The translations under genes were made by a program, and so were the position numbers. Below, piece by piece: positions 9,398 through 18,759 of a stretch of 64,000 bases of DNA. The notes under the pieces were generated by a model that had not been told where the DNA came from, ran no database searches, and worked only from the letters and a program-made list of their open reading frames with translations. The stretch's first letter is position 1; every line of letters begins with the position of its first letter. Source of the stretch: an uncultured delta proteobacterium (GTDB lineage Bacteria; Myxococcota_A; Polyangia; Fen-1088); contig CAVYGB010000008.1 in NCBI GenBank assembly GCA_963767925.1, forward strand, positions 2,464,001 to 2,528,000, written 5' to 3'.

Positions 9398-11821
9398 CTA
9401 GTCGAAGCGCAGATCGTCGACGGCGACGGAGCCCCGACCGGAGAACAGGATCTCCGCCGCCACCAGGTGCCGCAGGTCCAGCCCCTGGGCCCGGAGCGGC
9501 GCCAGCGGGACGATGACGTCGGCGAAGTGGCCGGTGATGCCGCCGGCCCCGATCGCGGCCGCCCCCGCGACGGTGGCGCTGCGACCGCCGCCGTCGACGA
9601 GCCGCACCGAGATCTGGGAGGTCGGCAGGTCGGGGCCCTCGCTGCGCATCCGGAAGGCGAAGGCGGCCAGGCCCTCCACGTCGAGGTTGCCGAGGGCGTT
9701 GCCGTAGACCGCCCCGTCCTGCGACCAGCCCAGCTCCCGCGCCCGGGAAAAGGCCAGGACGTCGGGCTGCAGGTAGAGCGCCCGCCGGCTCGGCGCCAGG
9801 GCAGGCGCCTCCTGGGCGGCTGGCCCCAGCCAGGCCAGCTCGCGCGACAGGACCATGCCCGCGGCGTAGGTCTCCCGCCCGAGAGCGTTGGCCGCGCCCT
9901 GGTCCTGGAAGTCGTCGACCAAAACCTGGGCGCCGCGATCGGATCGGCGCTGCACGCCGAGCGGGCTCAGGGTGGTGGTGAGACCCGCCGATCCGAACAG
10001 CACGCCCGCCCCCTCGGGAAACTGGCCGGTGACGTATTTCAGGAAGGCCACCGCGTAGGCGTTCGTCACCGCCCAGTCCTGCTCCCGGGTGATCTCGGCG
10101 GCCCCCCCCCGCTCGGGCGGACAGACGTCGCAGCTCCAGGCGTGCAGCGATCCGAGGATGGTGTGGGCCGACATGGGGCCAGACCGCCGCTCGTAGAGGA
10201 AATCGGCGATGGGATAGACCACATCGGCGTCGTTGCCGGCGATGGTCAGCAGGGCCGGCTGGTCGGGCAGAGGGCGGTTCCAGAGGGCCTCGCCGCCCAT
10301 GACCGCCATGGGATCGACCGGCTTGATGAGCAACATGCCGGACACCACCGGCTTGCTCTGGGCGGCCAGGATGGCGCCCGCCGCCCCCCGCGAGTGCCCG
10401 GCCACCACGATGCGCTTGAGGTCGATCTGCCCGAACAGGGGGAACCCGGGCTCTCGGTTGCGCGCGCGCAGGTGGGCGATCGTCGCACGCAGGTTCTCCG
10501 AGATGAGCGTGATGTTGCCGATGGTGACGGGCAGGTAAGCCCCGTCCTGGTAGACGAGCGAGATCCCGTCGACGCTGGCCACCACGAAGCCGTGCGAGGC
10601 CCAGCGCTCGAGCAGCGGTCCGTAGTGGTCGTAGAGGGTGCTCACCCCCCCCTCGAGCCGGGCGGCGCCGTGATGGAACGCGACGAGGGGGAAGCGGCCG
10701 CGGGCCGGACCGGGCGTCGCCTGCGACGAGGAGCGGGGAAAATACACCCGCACCCGCTCGCTCGTCCGGCGCGCGGGCACCGCGACCGACTCCTCGAAGG
10801 TCCCGACCTCGTGAGGGCCGGGCCGGTCGAGCTCGTCGAGGGTCGGGCTGGTCGGATCCTCGGGAGGGGCGACGTCGAGGCTGGTCAGCCAGGTGGTCTT
10901 CACGTCGGCGCCACCGGTGGAGACCAGCTCGAACCGGCTGAACGAGGCGGTTGTGGGCGTGCCGGCGATGGCCGCGTCGGCGGTGACGGCCAGCCCGGGC
11001 GGCAAGGTCCCCTCGGCGAGGGTGAACCCGCTCTCGCCAGCCGGCAGCGGCGCCCGGTATGGGACCCCGACCCGGGCCGAACGGAGCCAGAGCGACTCGG
11101 TCTTGGCCCCGGCGTAGGTCATCAGGCCGTGGGCGAGGACGCCCAGCCCGGGCGCCCGCCAGGTGAGGGTGTGGTTCCCCTCCGCCTGGAAGACCACGCC
11201 GCGAAAATGCGCCCGACCCGTGGTCAAGCGACGCTCCCGTCCACCCGCCACAACGAGGTGGGGGTCGGTGGCGTCCACGCTGACGGGGATGTCGACCGGG
11301 ACCAGGGCACCCTGCCCGTCGACGAGCTCGACCTCCAGCGGGCCCAGCAGGGTCTCGACCGAGGCGCGCCCCGGCGGCATCTCGGCAAAGCGCATGATGG
11401 GCCGGACCTCGAAGGGCGGGGTCGTGACGTCGGGATGGCCCGGCGCCCGTACCGTGAGGACGATCTTCTCCCATCGGTCGTAGACGAGATCGTCGAAGCG
11501 GACGGTGCCGCCGTCCGAGATCCGCTCGAGGGTGCCGCCGAGCGTGCCGGTTCCGCTGACGCTCACCGCGACCGGCGTGCTGTCGTCCTCGGTGAGCTGG
11601 ACCCCCTGGGGGTCGTTGAGCCGGAGGCGCAGCTCGAAGCGGCCGTTGATGACCGCCGCCGCGGGGACCCGGGTGAAGGCGAGGCCCGGTCGCTCGGGGT
11701 CGATCCCGGAGCGGCGGCTCGTCGTCCCGGGCGGCACCGACGTGCACGCCGTCAGGCCCGCCAGCGCGGCCAGGATGACCGGTCGCGGCGCGAGGCGGCG
11801 TGTCGGCGTTGGTACTTCCAT
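9398..11821 (-). CDS. Multidomain lipoprotein: Ig-like domains, chlorophyllase/cutinase-like alpha/beta hydrolase, C-terminal beta-sandwich
   Basis: Lipobox GLTAC; GTLPPGL..IAGTPT Ig repeat; PLVAFHHG, WASHGFVV, GHSRG nucleophile elbow. Confidence 0.75.
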   Translation of the reverse strand: MEVPTPTRRLAPRPVILAALAGLTACTSVPPGTTSRRSGIDPERPGLAFTRVPAAAVINGRFELRLRLNDPQGVQLTEDDSTPVAVSVSGTGTLGGTLERISDGGTVRFDDLVYDRWEKIVLTVRAPGHPDVTTPPFEVRPIMRFAEMPPGRASVETLLGPLEVELVDGQGALVPVDIPVSVDATDPHLVVAGGRERRLTTGRAHFRGVVFQAEGNHTLTWRAPGLGVLAHGLMTYAGAKTESLWLRSARVGVPYRAPLPAGESGFTLAEGTLPPGLAVTADAAIAGTPTTASFSRFELVSTGGADVKTTWLTSLDVAPPEDPTSPTLDELDRPGPHEVGTFEESVAVPARRTSERVRVYFPRSSSQATPGPARGRFPLVAFHHGAARLEGGVSTLYDHYGPLLERWASHGFVVASVDGISLVYQDGAYLPVTIGNITLISENLRATIAHLRARNREPGFPLFGQIDLKRIVVAGHSRGAAGAILAAQSKPVVSGMLLIKPVDPMAVMGGEALWNRPLPDQPALLTIAGNDADVVYPIADFLYERRSGPMSAHTILGSLHAWSCDVCPPERGGAAEITREQDWAVTNAYAVAFLKYVTGQFPEGAGVLFGSAGLTTTLSPLGVQRRSDRGAQVLVDDFQDQGAANALGRETYAAGMVLSRELAWLGPAAQEAPALAPSRRALYLQPDVLAFSRARELGWSQDGAVYGNALGNLDVEGLAAFAFRMRSEGPDLPTSQISVRLVDGGGRSATVAGAAAIGAGGITGHFADVIVPLAPLRAQGLDLRHLVAAEILFSGRGSVAVDDLRFD

Positions 11822-11992
11822 GTGGGAGAGAACGCTCGAAGCCCCGCGAAGTTATTCGAGGTTTTGGCGGTGAAATCGCGTCACAAAACCTGGTCGCAGC
11901 AGACCGTCCTCGGCCACGCAGGATAGACCCAAGGTCGTCCGCGCCCGGCCGACCTCTGGTACGAGGCGCCCGCCCATGAGACTCTGCGCGAG

Positions 11993-13351
11993 ATGTACCT
12001 TCGCAGCCTGGTCCTTCTCGCGGCGGTGCTGGGTCCCTGGCTCGCCAGCCCCAGGCCCGCGGCGGCGCGGCTCAACGGCATCCTCACCAGCGGCTGCAAC
12101 GCTTGCCACACCGGCACCCGGCTCCCCGAGGTGACGCTCTCGATCGACCCGCCCCAGATCGCGCTGGGCGGAACCGCGACCATCACGGTTCGCATCGCCG
12201 CCTCCGGACAGGGCGGCTTTTATCTTTATTCCTACGGCAAGGGCTCCTTCAAGGAGATCCCCGGACAGGGCGCCCGGCTGGCGACCCCCACCGACGTCAT
12301 CCACTCCACGCCGAAGAACGCCAGCGACGGCGCGGTGACCTTCCGGGTCGAGTGGACGGCGCCCTCCACCCAGGGGACGGTCAACTTCGAGGCGCTCGGA
12401 GTGGCCGCCGACGGCAACCGGAACCAGAGCGGCGACGCCGCCGGGCTGGGCCGCCTCTCGGTGGCGGTCGGCTGCACCGGCGTGGAGCGGTTCGTGGACA
12501 CCGACCGCGACGGCGCCGGCAACGGGAAGCTGCCCAAGGAGCAGGTCTGCGAGGGGACGCCCGGCTACTCGGAGCAAGGCGACGACTGCAACGACTACCT
12601 GACCTACGTCCATCCGGGCGCCGACGAGCGCTGCAACACCCTCGACGACGACTGCGACGGCCAGGTCGACGAGGGGCTGGAGTCGGCCATCGTCTACCGG
12701 GACGGCGACGGCGACGGGTTCGGCGACCGCTTCACGACCGACATGCGGATCGGCTGTGCGGCGTCCGGGTACGCGCCCAACAAGGACGACTGCAACGACA
12801 TGGACAAGACCATCAACCCGGGCGTCCGCGAGATCTGCAACAACAAGGACGACGACTGCAACGGCCGCAGCGACGAGGGGGCCCGGGCCACCTGTGGCCT
12901 CGGCTGGTGCCGGCGCAACGCCGATGGCTGTGACGCGCGAACCTGCACGCCGGGCGCGCCCCGGGCCGAGACCTGCAACCTGTTCGACGACGACTGCGAC
13001 GGCGCCATCGACAACAACGCCACGTGCGAGCCGGGCAAGCTCTGCTTCGGGGGGCGCTGCCTGGTGAGCGAAGACGCCCGGGCGGCGGCCGAGGCAGAGG
13101 CCATGACCACCGACGGCGGCGCGAGCGTGCTGGGTGGCGGAGACGGCGGCGCGCCGCCTGATGGCGGCGAGTCGCCGACCGCGGGGGATGGGTCCGAGGT
13201 CGGGACGCCGCCCGCCACCGGGCCCGCCAAGGCGAGCTCGCTGTGGGCCTGCTCGTTCGGAGACCCGGCCCGCTCCGGTCCGACCGGCGGCTGGCTGCTG
13301 CTGGCGATCGCGCTCTTCGGGCTGGGCCGCCGGCGATCTCGATCGCGCTGA
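11993..13351 (+). CDS. Surface protein: CxxCH, reeler-like domain, Cys/Asp-rich (MopE-related) repeats, MYXO-CTERM-like anchor
   Basis: Signal peptide; GCNACH; repeats DCND..HPGA.E.CN..DDDCDG; C-terminal ACS..WLLLAIALFGLGRRRSR. Confidence 0.8.
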   Translation: MYLRSLVLLAAVLGPWLASPRPAAARLNGILTSGCNACHTGTRLPEVTLSIDPPQIALGGTATITVRIAASGQGGFYLYSYGKGSFKEIPGQGARLATPTDVIHSTPKNASDGAVTFRVEWTAPSTQGTVNFEALGVAADGNRNQSGDAAGLGRLSVAVGCTGVERFVDTDRDGAGNGKLPKEQVCEGTPGYSEQGDDCNDYLTYVHPGADERCNTLDDDCDGQVDEGLESAIVYRDGDGDGFGDRFTTDMRIGCAASGYAPNKDDCNDMDKTINPGVREICNNKDDDCNGRSDEGARATCGLGWCRRNADGCDARTCTPGAPRAETCNLFDDDCDGAIDNNATCEPGKLCFGGRCLVSEDARAAAEAEAMTTDGGASVLGGGDGGAPPDGGESPTAGDGSEVGTPPATGPAKASSLWACSFGDPARSGPTGGWLLLAIALFGLGRRRSRSR

Positions 13352-13491
13352 GCCGGTCCCGCCCGCCCACCGATCCCCACATCGGACTCCGATCCGCGGC
13401 ACCCCTGATCGCTCGGTCAGAATTCACCGTTCCGCCACGCGGTCGAAACCAGGCTGCCTCTAGAGTCTTCCGTCGACCAAGGAGGACTCGC

Positions 13492-14484
13492 ATGAACGGA
13501 CTCGGCGGACTCAACCGATCGCCCGAGGGGATGGTGCTGGGCCTGGTGCAGCTCGCGTTGCCTCAGGTCGCCAGCAAGGCCGATCTGACCCGTCAGAGCG
13601 AGCGGATCGCGGCCCTCGTCAGCAAGGCCAAGAAGGGGATGCCCAGCCTCGACCTGGTCGTCTTCCCGGAGTACGCCCTGCACGGGCTGTCGATGGACAC
13701 CAACCCGGCGATCATGTGCCGCCTCGATGGCCCCGAGGTGGCGACCTTCAAGGCGGCCTGCGTGCGCGAGAAGGTGTGGGGCTGCTTTTCCATCATGGAG
13801 CAGAACCCGCAAGGTAACCCCTTCAACAGCGGCATCATCGTCGATTCGTCCGGAGAGCTTCGTCTCTACTACCGGAAGATGCACCCCTGGACGCCGGTCG
13901 AGCCCTGGGAGCCGGGCAACCTCGGCATCCCCGTCTGTGACGGGCCCAACGGCAGCAAGCTCGCCCTCATCATCTGCCACGACGGCATGTTTCCCGAGAT
14001 GGCGCGCGAGTGCGCGTACAAGGGCGCCACCGTGATGCTGCGAACGGCGGGATACACCGGCCCCATCCGCTCGGCCTGGCAGATGACCAACCAGGCCAAC
14101 GCCTTCTGCAACCTGATGTTCACCGCCAGCGTGTGCATGAGCGGCAGCGACGGCGTCTTCAACTCGATGGGCGAGGCGATGGTGGTGGACCACGAGGGCA
14201 CGGTCATCGCCGCAGGGGGCTCGGTGGCGGACGAGATCGTCACCGCCGAGGTGCGCCCCCGCCTGGCCGCCGAGGCCCGCCGGAACTGGGGCGTCGAGAA
14301 CAACATCTACCAGCTCGGCCACCGGGGCTACGTCGCCGTGCGCGGCGGGGCCGGCGACTGCCCCTACACGTACATGCGCGATCTCGTCGCCGGCCGGTAC
14401 CGCCTGCCCTGGGAGGCCGAGGTCCAGGTCACCGACGGCACGAGCTGCGGCTTCCCCGCCCCCACCCGCACCTACCGGGGCTGA
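13492..14484 (+). CDS. amiF: Formamidase (nitrilase superfamily)
   Basis: AAGGAGG RBS; MNGLGGLN start; catalytic E (FPEY), K (YRKMHPW) and C in ICHDGMFPE (CHDG is AmiF-type). Confidence 0.88.
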   Translation: MNGLGGLNRSPEGMVLGLVQLALPQVASKADLTRQSERIAALVSKAKKGMPSLDLVVFPEYALHGLSMDTNPAIMCRLDGPEVATFKAACVREKVWGCFSIMEQNPQGNPFNSGIIVDSSGELRLYYRKMHPWTPVEPWEPGNLGIPVCDGPNGSKLALIICHDGMFPEMARECAYKGATVMLRTAGYTGPIRSAWQMTNQANAFCNLMFTASVCMSGSDGVFNSMGEAMVVDHEGTVIAAGGSVADEIVTAEVRPRLAAEARRNWGVENNIYQLGHRGYVAVRGGAGDCPYTYMRDLVAGRYRLPWEAEVQVTDGTSCGFPAPTRTYRG

Positions 14485-14640
14485 TCCTCCGCCTCCGAGC
14501 GGCGCCGCACGTCGACGCTCTCCGGCCGAGAGGGCGAGACGGTTGCGGGCGCGCGACAGCGAGCCCGGTTCCCCGACGATCTCACGGCAGAACGGCCGCT
14601 GGCGTGGCGATCAATTTTCCCGGGCGAGCGCACCGTCCGG

Positions 14641-14984
14641 AAACACAGCGGCCAGATCTGGCGCTACCACCCCGAGGAGGGGACCATGGAGCTGGTGGTG
14701 GAGTTCGCGCCCGGCTCGCCCCACGACGGACCGGATAACATCACCGCCGGCCCGCACGGCTTCGCCCTGGCCTGCACCGACGGCGAGGACGACCAGTGGC
14801 TGATCTGGATCGACGACGCGGGCGGGATCTTCCCCTTCGCCGCAACGCCCGCAACGCCCGCGACGGCGCGGAGTTCGCCGGCGCCACCTTCTCCCCCGCG
14901 GGCGACGTCCTCTACGTGAACACCCAGGGCTCCCCCTCCCGCACCTTCGCCATCACCGGCCCCTGGTCCGGCGCCGACTCCTGA
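14641..14984 (+). pseudogene. C-terminal remnant of a PhoX/DUF839-family phosphatase
   Basis: GQIWRY, DGPDNIT, EFAGATFSP.G.VLYVN.Q..TFAITGPW across two frames; N-terminal portion absent. Confidence 0.65.
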
Positions 14985-15028
14985 CGGTCCGGTTTACCGG
15001 GGACTGGCGCCGTGGCAAAACCGGCGGC

Positions 15029-15715
15029 ATGTTCGCCGACTGGCTGTCCCCGCTCGATCTGTCCGGCTTTCGCACCCAGCACCTGGGGCGGCAGCCCTGG
15101 GCCAGGCCCGGCGCCGCGGCGAGCGCCCTGCCCCTCCTGCGCTGGGAGACCTTCGACAGCGTCCTGGCCCCGCCGGCCGCTCCCGACGTCATGACGGTGG
15201 CCGAGGGCGCCCTGGTCCAGGTCCCCCAGCCTAGATCGTCGGCCGACGTGCGCGCCCTGATGCGGCGAGGGGTCAGCGTGGTGGTCCGGGCCAGCGAGCA
15301 GCACGATTCCGCGCTGGCCACCCTGGCCGGGTCGTTCTCCGGTGCGCTCCCCGGCGAGGTGCACATCCAGCTCTACGCAACCCCGACCGGGCGCCGCAGC
15401 TACGGCTGGCACTACGACTTCGAGGACGTGTTCATCGCCCAGACCGCCGGGGCCAAGGACTACTACTTCCGGGAGAACACCGTCGCCCGCGACACCCGCC
15501 TCGGCGAGGACCTCGACTTCACCGTCTTCACCCGGGAGACGTCCCCCCTCTTCACCGCCCGCCTCCTGCCGGGGGACTGGCTGTACATCCCGGCCCGCTG
15601 GTGGCACCTGGTCAAGTGTGTCGAGGACTCCCTGTCCATCTCGGTCGGCGTGATGCCCCCCGAAGCCTTCCAGACCGCCCGCCGCATCCCCGCCGGCTGG
15701 CGCGGCCCGACCTGA
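15029..15715 (+). CDS. JmjC/cupin-4 family 2-oxoglutarate-Fe(II) oxygenase
   Basis: WHYD (HxD), QTAGAK, LLPGDWLYIPARWWH. Confidence 0.85.
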   Translation: MFADWLSPLDLSGFRTQHLGRQPWARPGAAASALPLLRWETFDSVLAPPAAPDVMTVAEGALVQVPQPRSSADVRALMRRGVSVVVRASEQHDSALATLAGSFSGALPGEVHIQLYATPTGRRSYGWHYDFEDVFIAQTAGAKDYYFRENTVARDTRLGEDLDFTVFTRETSPLFTARLLPGDWLYIPARWWHLVKCVEDSLSISVGVMPPEAFQTARRIPAGWRGPT

Positions 15716-15749
15716 TCGCCCGGCCTGATCGCCCGGCCTGATCGACCCA
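15711..15749 (+). repeat. 13-bp tandem repeat, three copies (third degenerate)
   Basis: CCTGATCGCCCGG CCTGATCGCCCGG CCTGATCGACCCA, overlapping the JmjC stop codon. Confidence 0.7.
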
Positions 15750-15847
15750 CCTGGCCCGGCCCCACCGCACACGAGCGGACATCCTCCACCGGCCCCGCCC
15801 GCCGTCTTGACTTCCCGCTCTTTTCCCGCAAGGATATCTCTCCTTCC

Positions 15848-15920
<73 letters not shown>

Positions 15921-15927
15921 CACGTGG

Positions 15928-15969
15928 AAACGCCCGGGACCCTCGAGGTCGCCGGGCGTTTCTGTTTCT
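15928..15969 (+). terminator. Rho-independent terminator after the tRNA
   Basis: AAACGCCCGG-GACC-TCGA-GGTC-G-CCGGGCGTTT followed by CTGTTTCT. Confidence 0.8.
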
Positions 15970-16018
15970 GGGGGTCCGTTTCTGGGGGGACCGGGCGGGC
16001 CGTGCGCGGCCCGGGGAC

Positions 16019-16303
16019 TCAGCGGCGGGTGCCGGTGTAGCCGCGGAGGCCGAAGGAGGTCCGGTGCGCGTTCAGGGCGTTGTTCTCGGCGATGTGCTCG
16101 CGGAGGACCTGCTCGATCGACTCCAGGCAGCCGACCCGACCGGCGGCGATCTCCCGCAACGACGTCACGGCGCCCTTGTTGTCACAGACGACGAGCGGCC
16201 GGTCGCCGTTGGCGAGCTGGCGGGCCCGCTTGGCCGCCAGGATGCACAGGGCGAAGCGGTTGGGCACACGCATGAGACAATCTTCGGCGGAGATACGAGC
16301 CAT
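16019..16303 (-). CDS. rpoZ: RNA polymerase omega subunit homologue
   Basis: [50 protein letters not shown]. Confidence 0.88.
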   Translation of the reverse strand: MARISAEDCLMRVPNRFALCILAAKRARQLANGDRPLVVCDNKGAVTSLREIAAGRVGCLESIEQVLREHIAENNALNAHRTSFGLRGYTGTRR

Positions 16304-16322
16304 CGGGATCCTCCTTGTTCTC

Positions 16323-16458
16323 GGCTTGGCGGCGGCCTGAACGACCCGCAGGGCTCGAAAGCAGGGCCCTGGAGGAGGAGGAGACGACCGTAAGGTCCCC
16401 GAACCCTAGCAGGTGCGGGAGCGGGGTGACACCCAATTGCGAGCGGTCGCCGCCGGCC
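16323..16458. ncRNA. Candidate structured RNA, family not recognised
   Basis: Closing helix GGCGGCGGCC/GGTCGCCGCC; hairpins CAGGGCTC/GGGCCCTG and GACC-GTAA-GGTC. Confidence 0.4.
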
Positions 16459-16567
16459 AACCCCGGCTTGCCCCGACGTTTTCCGCGGCCTCTCGCCGAG
16501 GTCGCGCCGGGGCCGCCCGGCCAACGCACCGTCCACGAAACCGGGCCCGCGGAGGTACGATGCGGGC

Positions 16568-17644
16568 ATGTTGCTCACGCTGCTGATGGCGTGGCGGATC
16601 GGCGGCCCCGCGGTCGCTCCGCCGAGCCCGCCCGAGGTGGCCCAGGCTCAGCGCTTCGCGCGCCTGGCCCTGGACTGCGTACACCGGGAATACCCCAACA
16701 AGATCGCACACGTCCTCGACGGCGACGGCGCGGTCCAGCCCCCCCGCGCGCTCACGCCCGCGTTCTACGGCTGCTACGACTGGCACTCCTCGGTCCACGG
16801 GCACTGGCTGCTGGCGCGGCTGGCGCGGCGCTTTCCCGAGGCGCCGTTCGCCCGGGAGGCGCGGGCCGCGCTCGCGCGCAGCTTGACGGCGGCGGCGATC
16901 GCGGGCGAGGTCCGGTACTTCGAGGGCAAGGGCCGGATCGCCTTCGAGCGGCCCTATGGTCTCGCCTGGCTGCTGCAGCTCGCGGCCGAGCTGCGCGAGT
17001 GGACCGATCCACAGGCGCAGGGCTGGTCGCGCGCGCTCGCTCCGCTCGAGGCGATCGCCGCCGCCCGCCTCGAGGCCTGGATGCCCAAGCTCTCTTACCC
17101 CATCCGGTCGGGCGAACATTCCCAGACTGCCTTCGCCTTCGGCCTGGTGCTCGACTGGGCCAGGGCCAGCGGCGACGCCGAGATGGCGGCGCTCCTCGAG
17201 TCGCGAGCCCGGGACTTCTACCTCGAGGACCGCAACGGCCCGCTGGCCTACGAGCCGTCCGGTGAGGACTTCCTCTCGCCGGGCCTGGCAGAGGCCGACC
17301 TCATGCGCCGGGTGCTCCGGCCCCCGGCCTTCGCCACCTGGCTGCGCACCTTCTTGCCCCAGGTGCCCCGGAATGGCTCGGCGGCCTGGCTCCGCCCCGC
17401 GCCCGTCACCGATCGAGCCGATCCCAAGCTCGCGCATATCGACGGCCTCAACCTCAGCCGCGCCTGGATGCTCGACGGCATCGCCGCCGGGCTGCCCGCC
17501 ACCGACCGGCGCATCGCCGCCCTGCGAGCGGCTGCCCGGGCACACCGCGAAGCCGGGCTTGTCGCCGTCACCGGCGAGCATTACGAGGGCGGCCACTGGC
17601 TCGGCACCTTCGCCGTTTACCTGCTCACGGCGCGGGGACTCTGA
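16568..17644 (+). CDS. DUF2891 family protein
   Basis: EYPNK, PAFYGCYDWHSSVHGHW, FERPYG.AW, GEHSQTAF, HIDGLNLSRAW, YEGGHWL. Confidence 0.88.
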   Translation: MLLTLLMAWRIGGPAVAPPSPPEVAQAQRFARLALDCVHREYPNKIAHVLDGDGAVQPPRALTPAFYGCYDWHSSVHGHWLLARLARRFPEAPFAREARAALARSLTAAAIAGEVRYFEGKGRIAFERPYGLAWLLQLAAELREWTDPQAQGWSRALAPLEAIAAARLEAWMPKLSYPIRSGEHSQTAFAFGLVLDWARASGDAEMAALLESRARDFYLEDRNGPLAYEPSGEDFLSPGLAEADLMRRVLRPPAFATWLRTFLPQVPRNGSAAWLRPAPVTDRADPKLAHIDGLNLSRAWMLDGIAAGLPATDRRIAALRAAARAHREAGLVAVTGEHYEGGHWLGTFAVYLLTARGL

Positions 17645-17837
17645 GCGACGCACACCCCGGGCCTCGGACAGGCCGCGGCATCGACCGCCCGCGACGGTTG
17701 GACTCTTGCGTTGCGGCGATTTTCCAGGCGCTCCCGGACGTGGCGGCGTCAGCCGATTTTGTCGGGATTGTACGGCCGGGAGACGCACATCCGCGCTATG
17801 GTTGGCCCGAGTCCACGTTTCCCGCTTATGTCTCCCG

Positions 17838-17941
17838 CGTTGCTCTTCCTTGTGGGTCAGCTTCGTTCGAGTCCTCTGAACGGCGGGGCTGGCTTCTGAA
17901 CAGCGGCAGTTCCGCTGGCAACCGGAAGGAAAAGAGCAATG
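17838..17941 (+). promoter_or_regulatory. Structured 5' leader that can sequester the RBS and start codon of the RRM gene
   Basis: CGTTGCTCTTCCTT (17838-17851) pairs with AAGGAAAAGAGCAATG (17926-17941), enclosing two hairpins. Confidence 0.5.
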
Positions 17942-18253
17942 GGCAAGCGACTTTATGTTGGCAATCTGTCGTACGACACGTCCGAGGTCGACCTCCGCAA
18001 CGTGTTCAGCAACGCGGGCACCGTCGCGGACGTCAAGGTGGTCCTCGATCGCGACACCGGTCGTCCCCGGGGCTTTGCCTTCGTGGAGATGAGCACGGAC
18101 AAGGAGGCCCAGGAGGCCATCGATCAGCTCAACGGTCGCGACCTCGGCGGCCGCACCCTCAAGGTGAACGAGGCCAACGAGAGCACCTCCCGGGGTGGCG
18201 GCGGTGGTGGTGGTGGCGGCGGCGGTGGTGGCGGCGGCCGGAACCGCTGGTAG
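17939..18253 (+). CDS. RRM RNA-binding protein with glycine-rich tail
   Basis: RNP2 LYVGNL, RNP1 RGFAFVEM, poly-Gly tail. Confidence 0.95.
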   Translation: MGKRLYVGNLSYDTSEVDLRNVFSNAGTVADVKVVLDRDTGRPRGFAFVEMSTDKEAQEAIDQLNGRDLGGRTLKVNEANESTSRGGGGGGGGGGGGGGGRNRW

Positions 18254-18266
18254 CGCGCCCACCGTC

Positions 18267-18299
18267 GAGCTGCCCCCTGGCCGAGGCCAGGGGCGGCTC
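18267..18299. terminator. GC-rich hairpin between convergent ORFs
   Basis: GAGCTGCCCCCTGGCC-GA-GGCCAGGGGCGGCTC; no U tract. Confidence 0.5.
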
Positions 18300-18603
18300 A
18301 GGGGTGCTCGAGCATCCCCTGGATCTTGATCGAGGTGCCGTCGGAGTAGCCCGATGCCCAGCGGAAGCGGAACATCGCCGCCCCGCCCGCCCGGGCTTCG
18401 ACGACGAGCCGCTTCCGGTCCAGGCACCACAGGAACTGCGTCAGGGCTTGGTCGGCCCCCACCACGTCGAGGATCGTCAGTCCGTAGGTGGGCTGCTCCC
18501 GTCGGGTCACCAGGTTGGCCCCGCCCCGGTCTCGTTTGCGCTCATCGACGAATCGCACGCCCCCCGGAGAGGGCGTGGGATTTTGGGGCAGGAGAAGGCT
18601 CAT
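18298..18603 (-). CDS. Hypothetical protein
   Basis: ORF with plausible composition; no recognised motif. Confidence 0.4.
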   Translation of the reverse strand: MSLLLPQNPTPSPGGVRFVDERKRDRGGANLVTRREQPTYGLTILDVVGADQALTQFLWCLDRKRLVVEARAGGAAMFRFRWASGYSDGTSIKIQGMLEHP

Positions 18604-18759
18604 GGTCAGGTGCCGTGGAGAGTATCTACCGCCCTCTGCGATCAGGGACCATGAGGAAGTTCGATCTCCTGTCGTCGGAAAAGCCGACGCCAAGCGGCGG
18701 ATCGGCCGCCAGGTCGGAACCGCGAGCGCGAGCCGCTTGCACGGGCGGAGGCTGGACGC

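Noticed and set aside
16337..16370. Hammerhead ribozyme (CTGAACGA...GAAA)
   Set aside because: The core has an extra base relative to CUGANGA, and stem II cannot close properly.
16304..16567. 6S RNA, SRP RNA or c-di-AMP riboswitch
   Set aside because: Only short word matches (e.g. CCCGAACCC); the overall architecture of none of these could be reconstructed.
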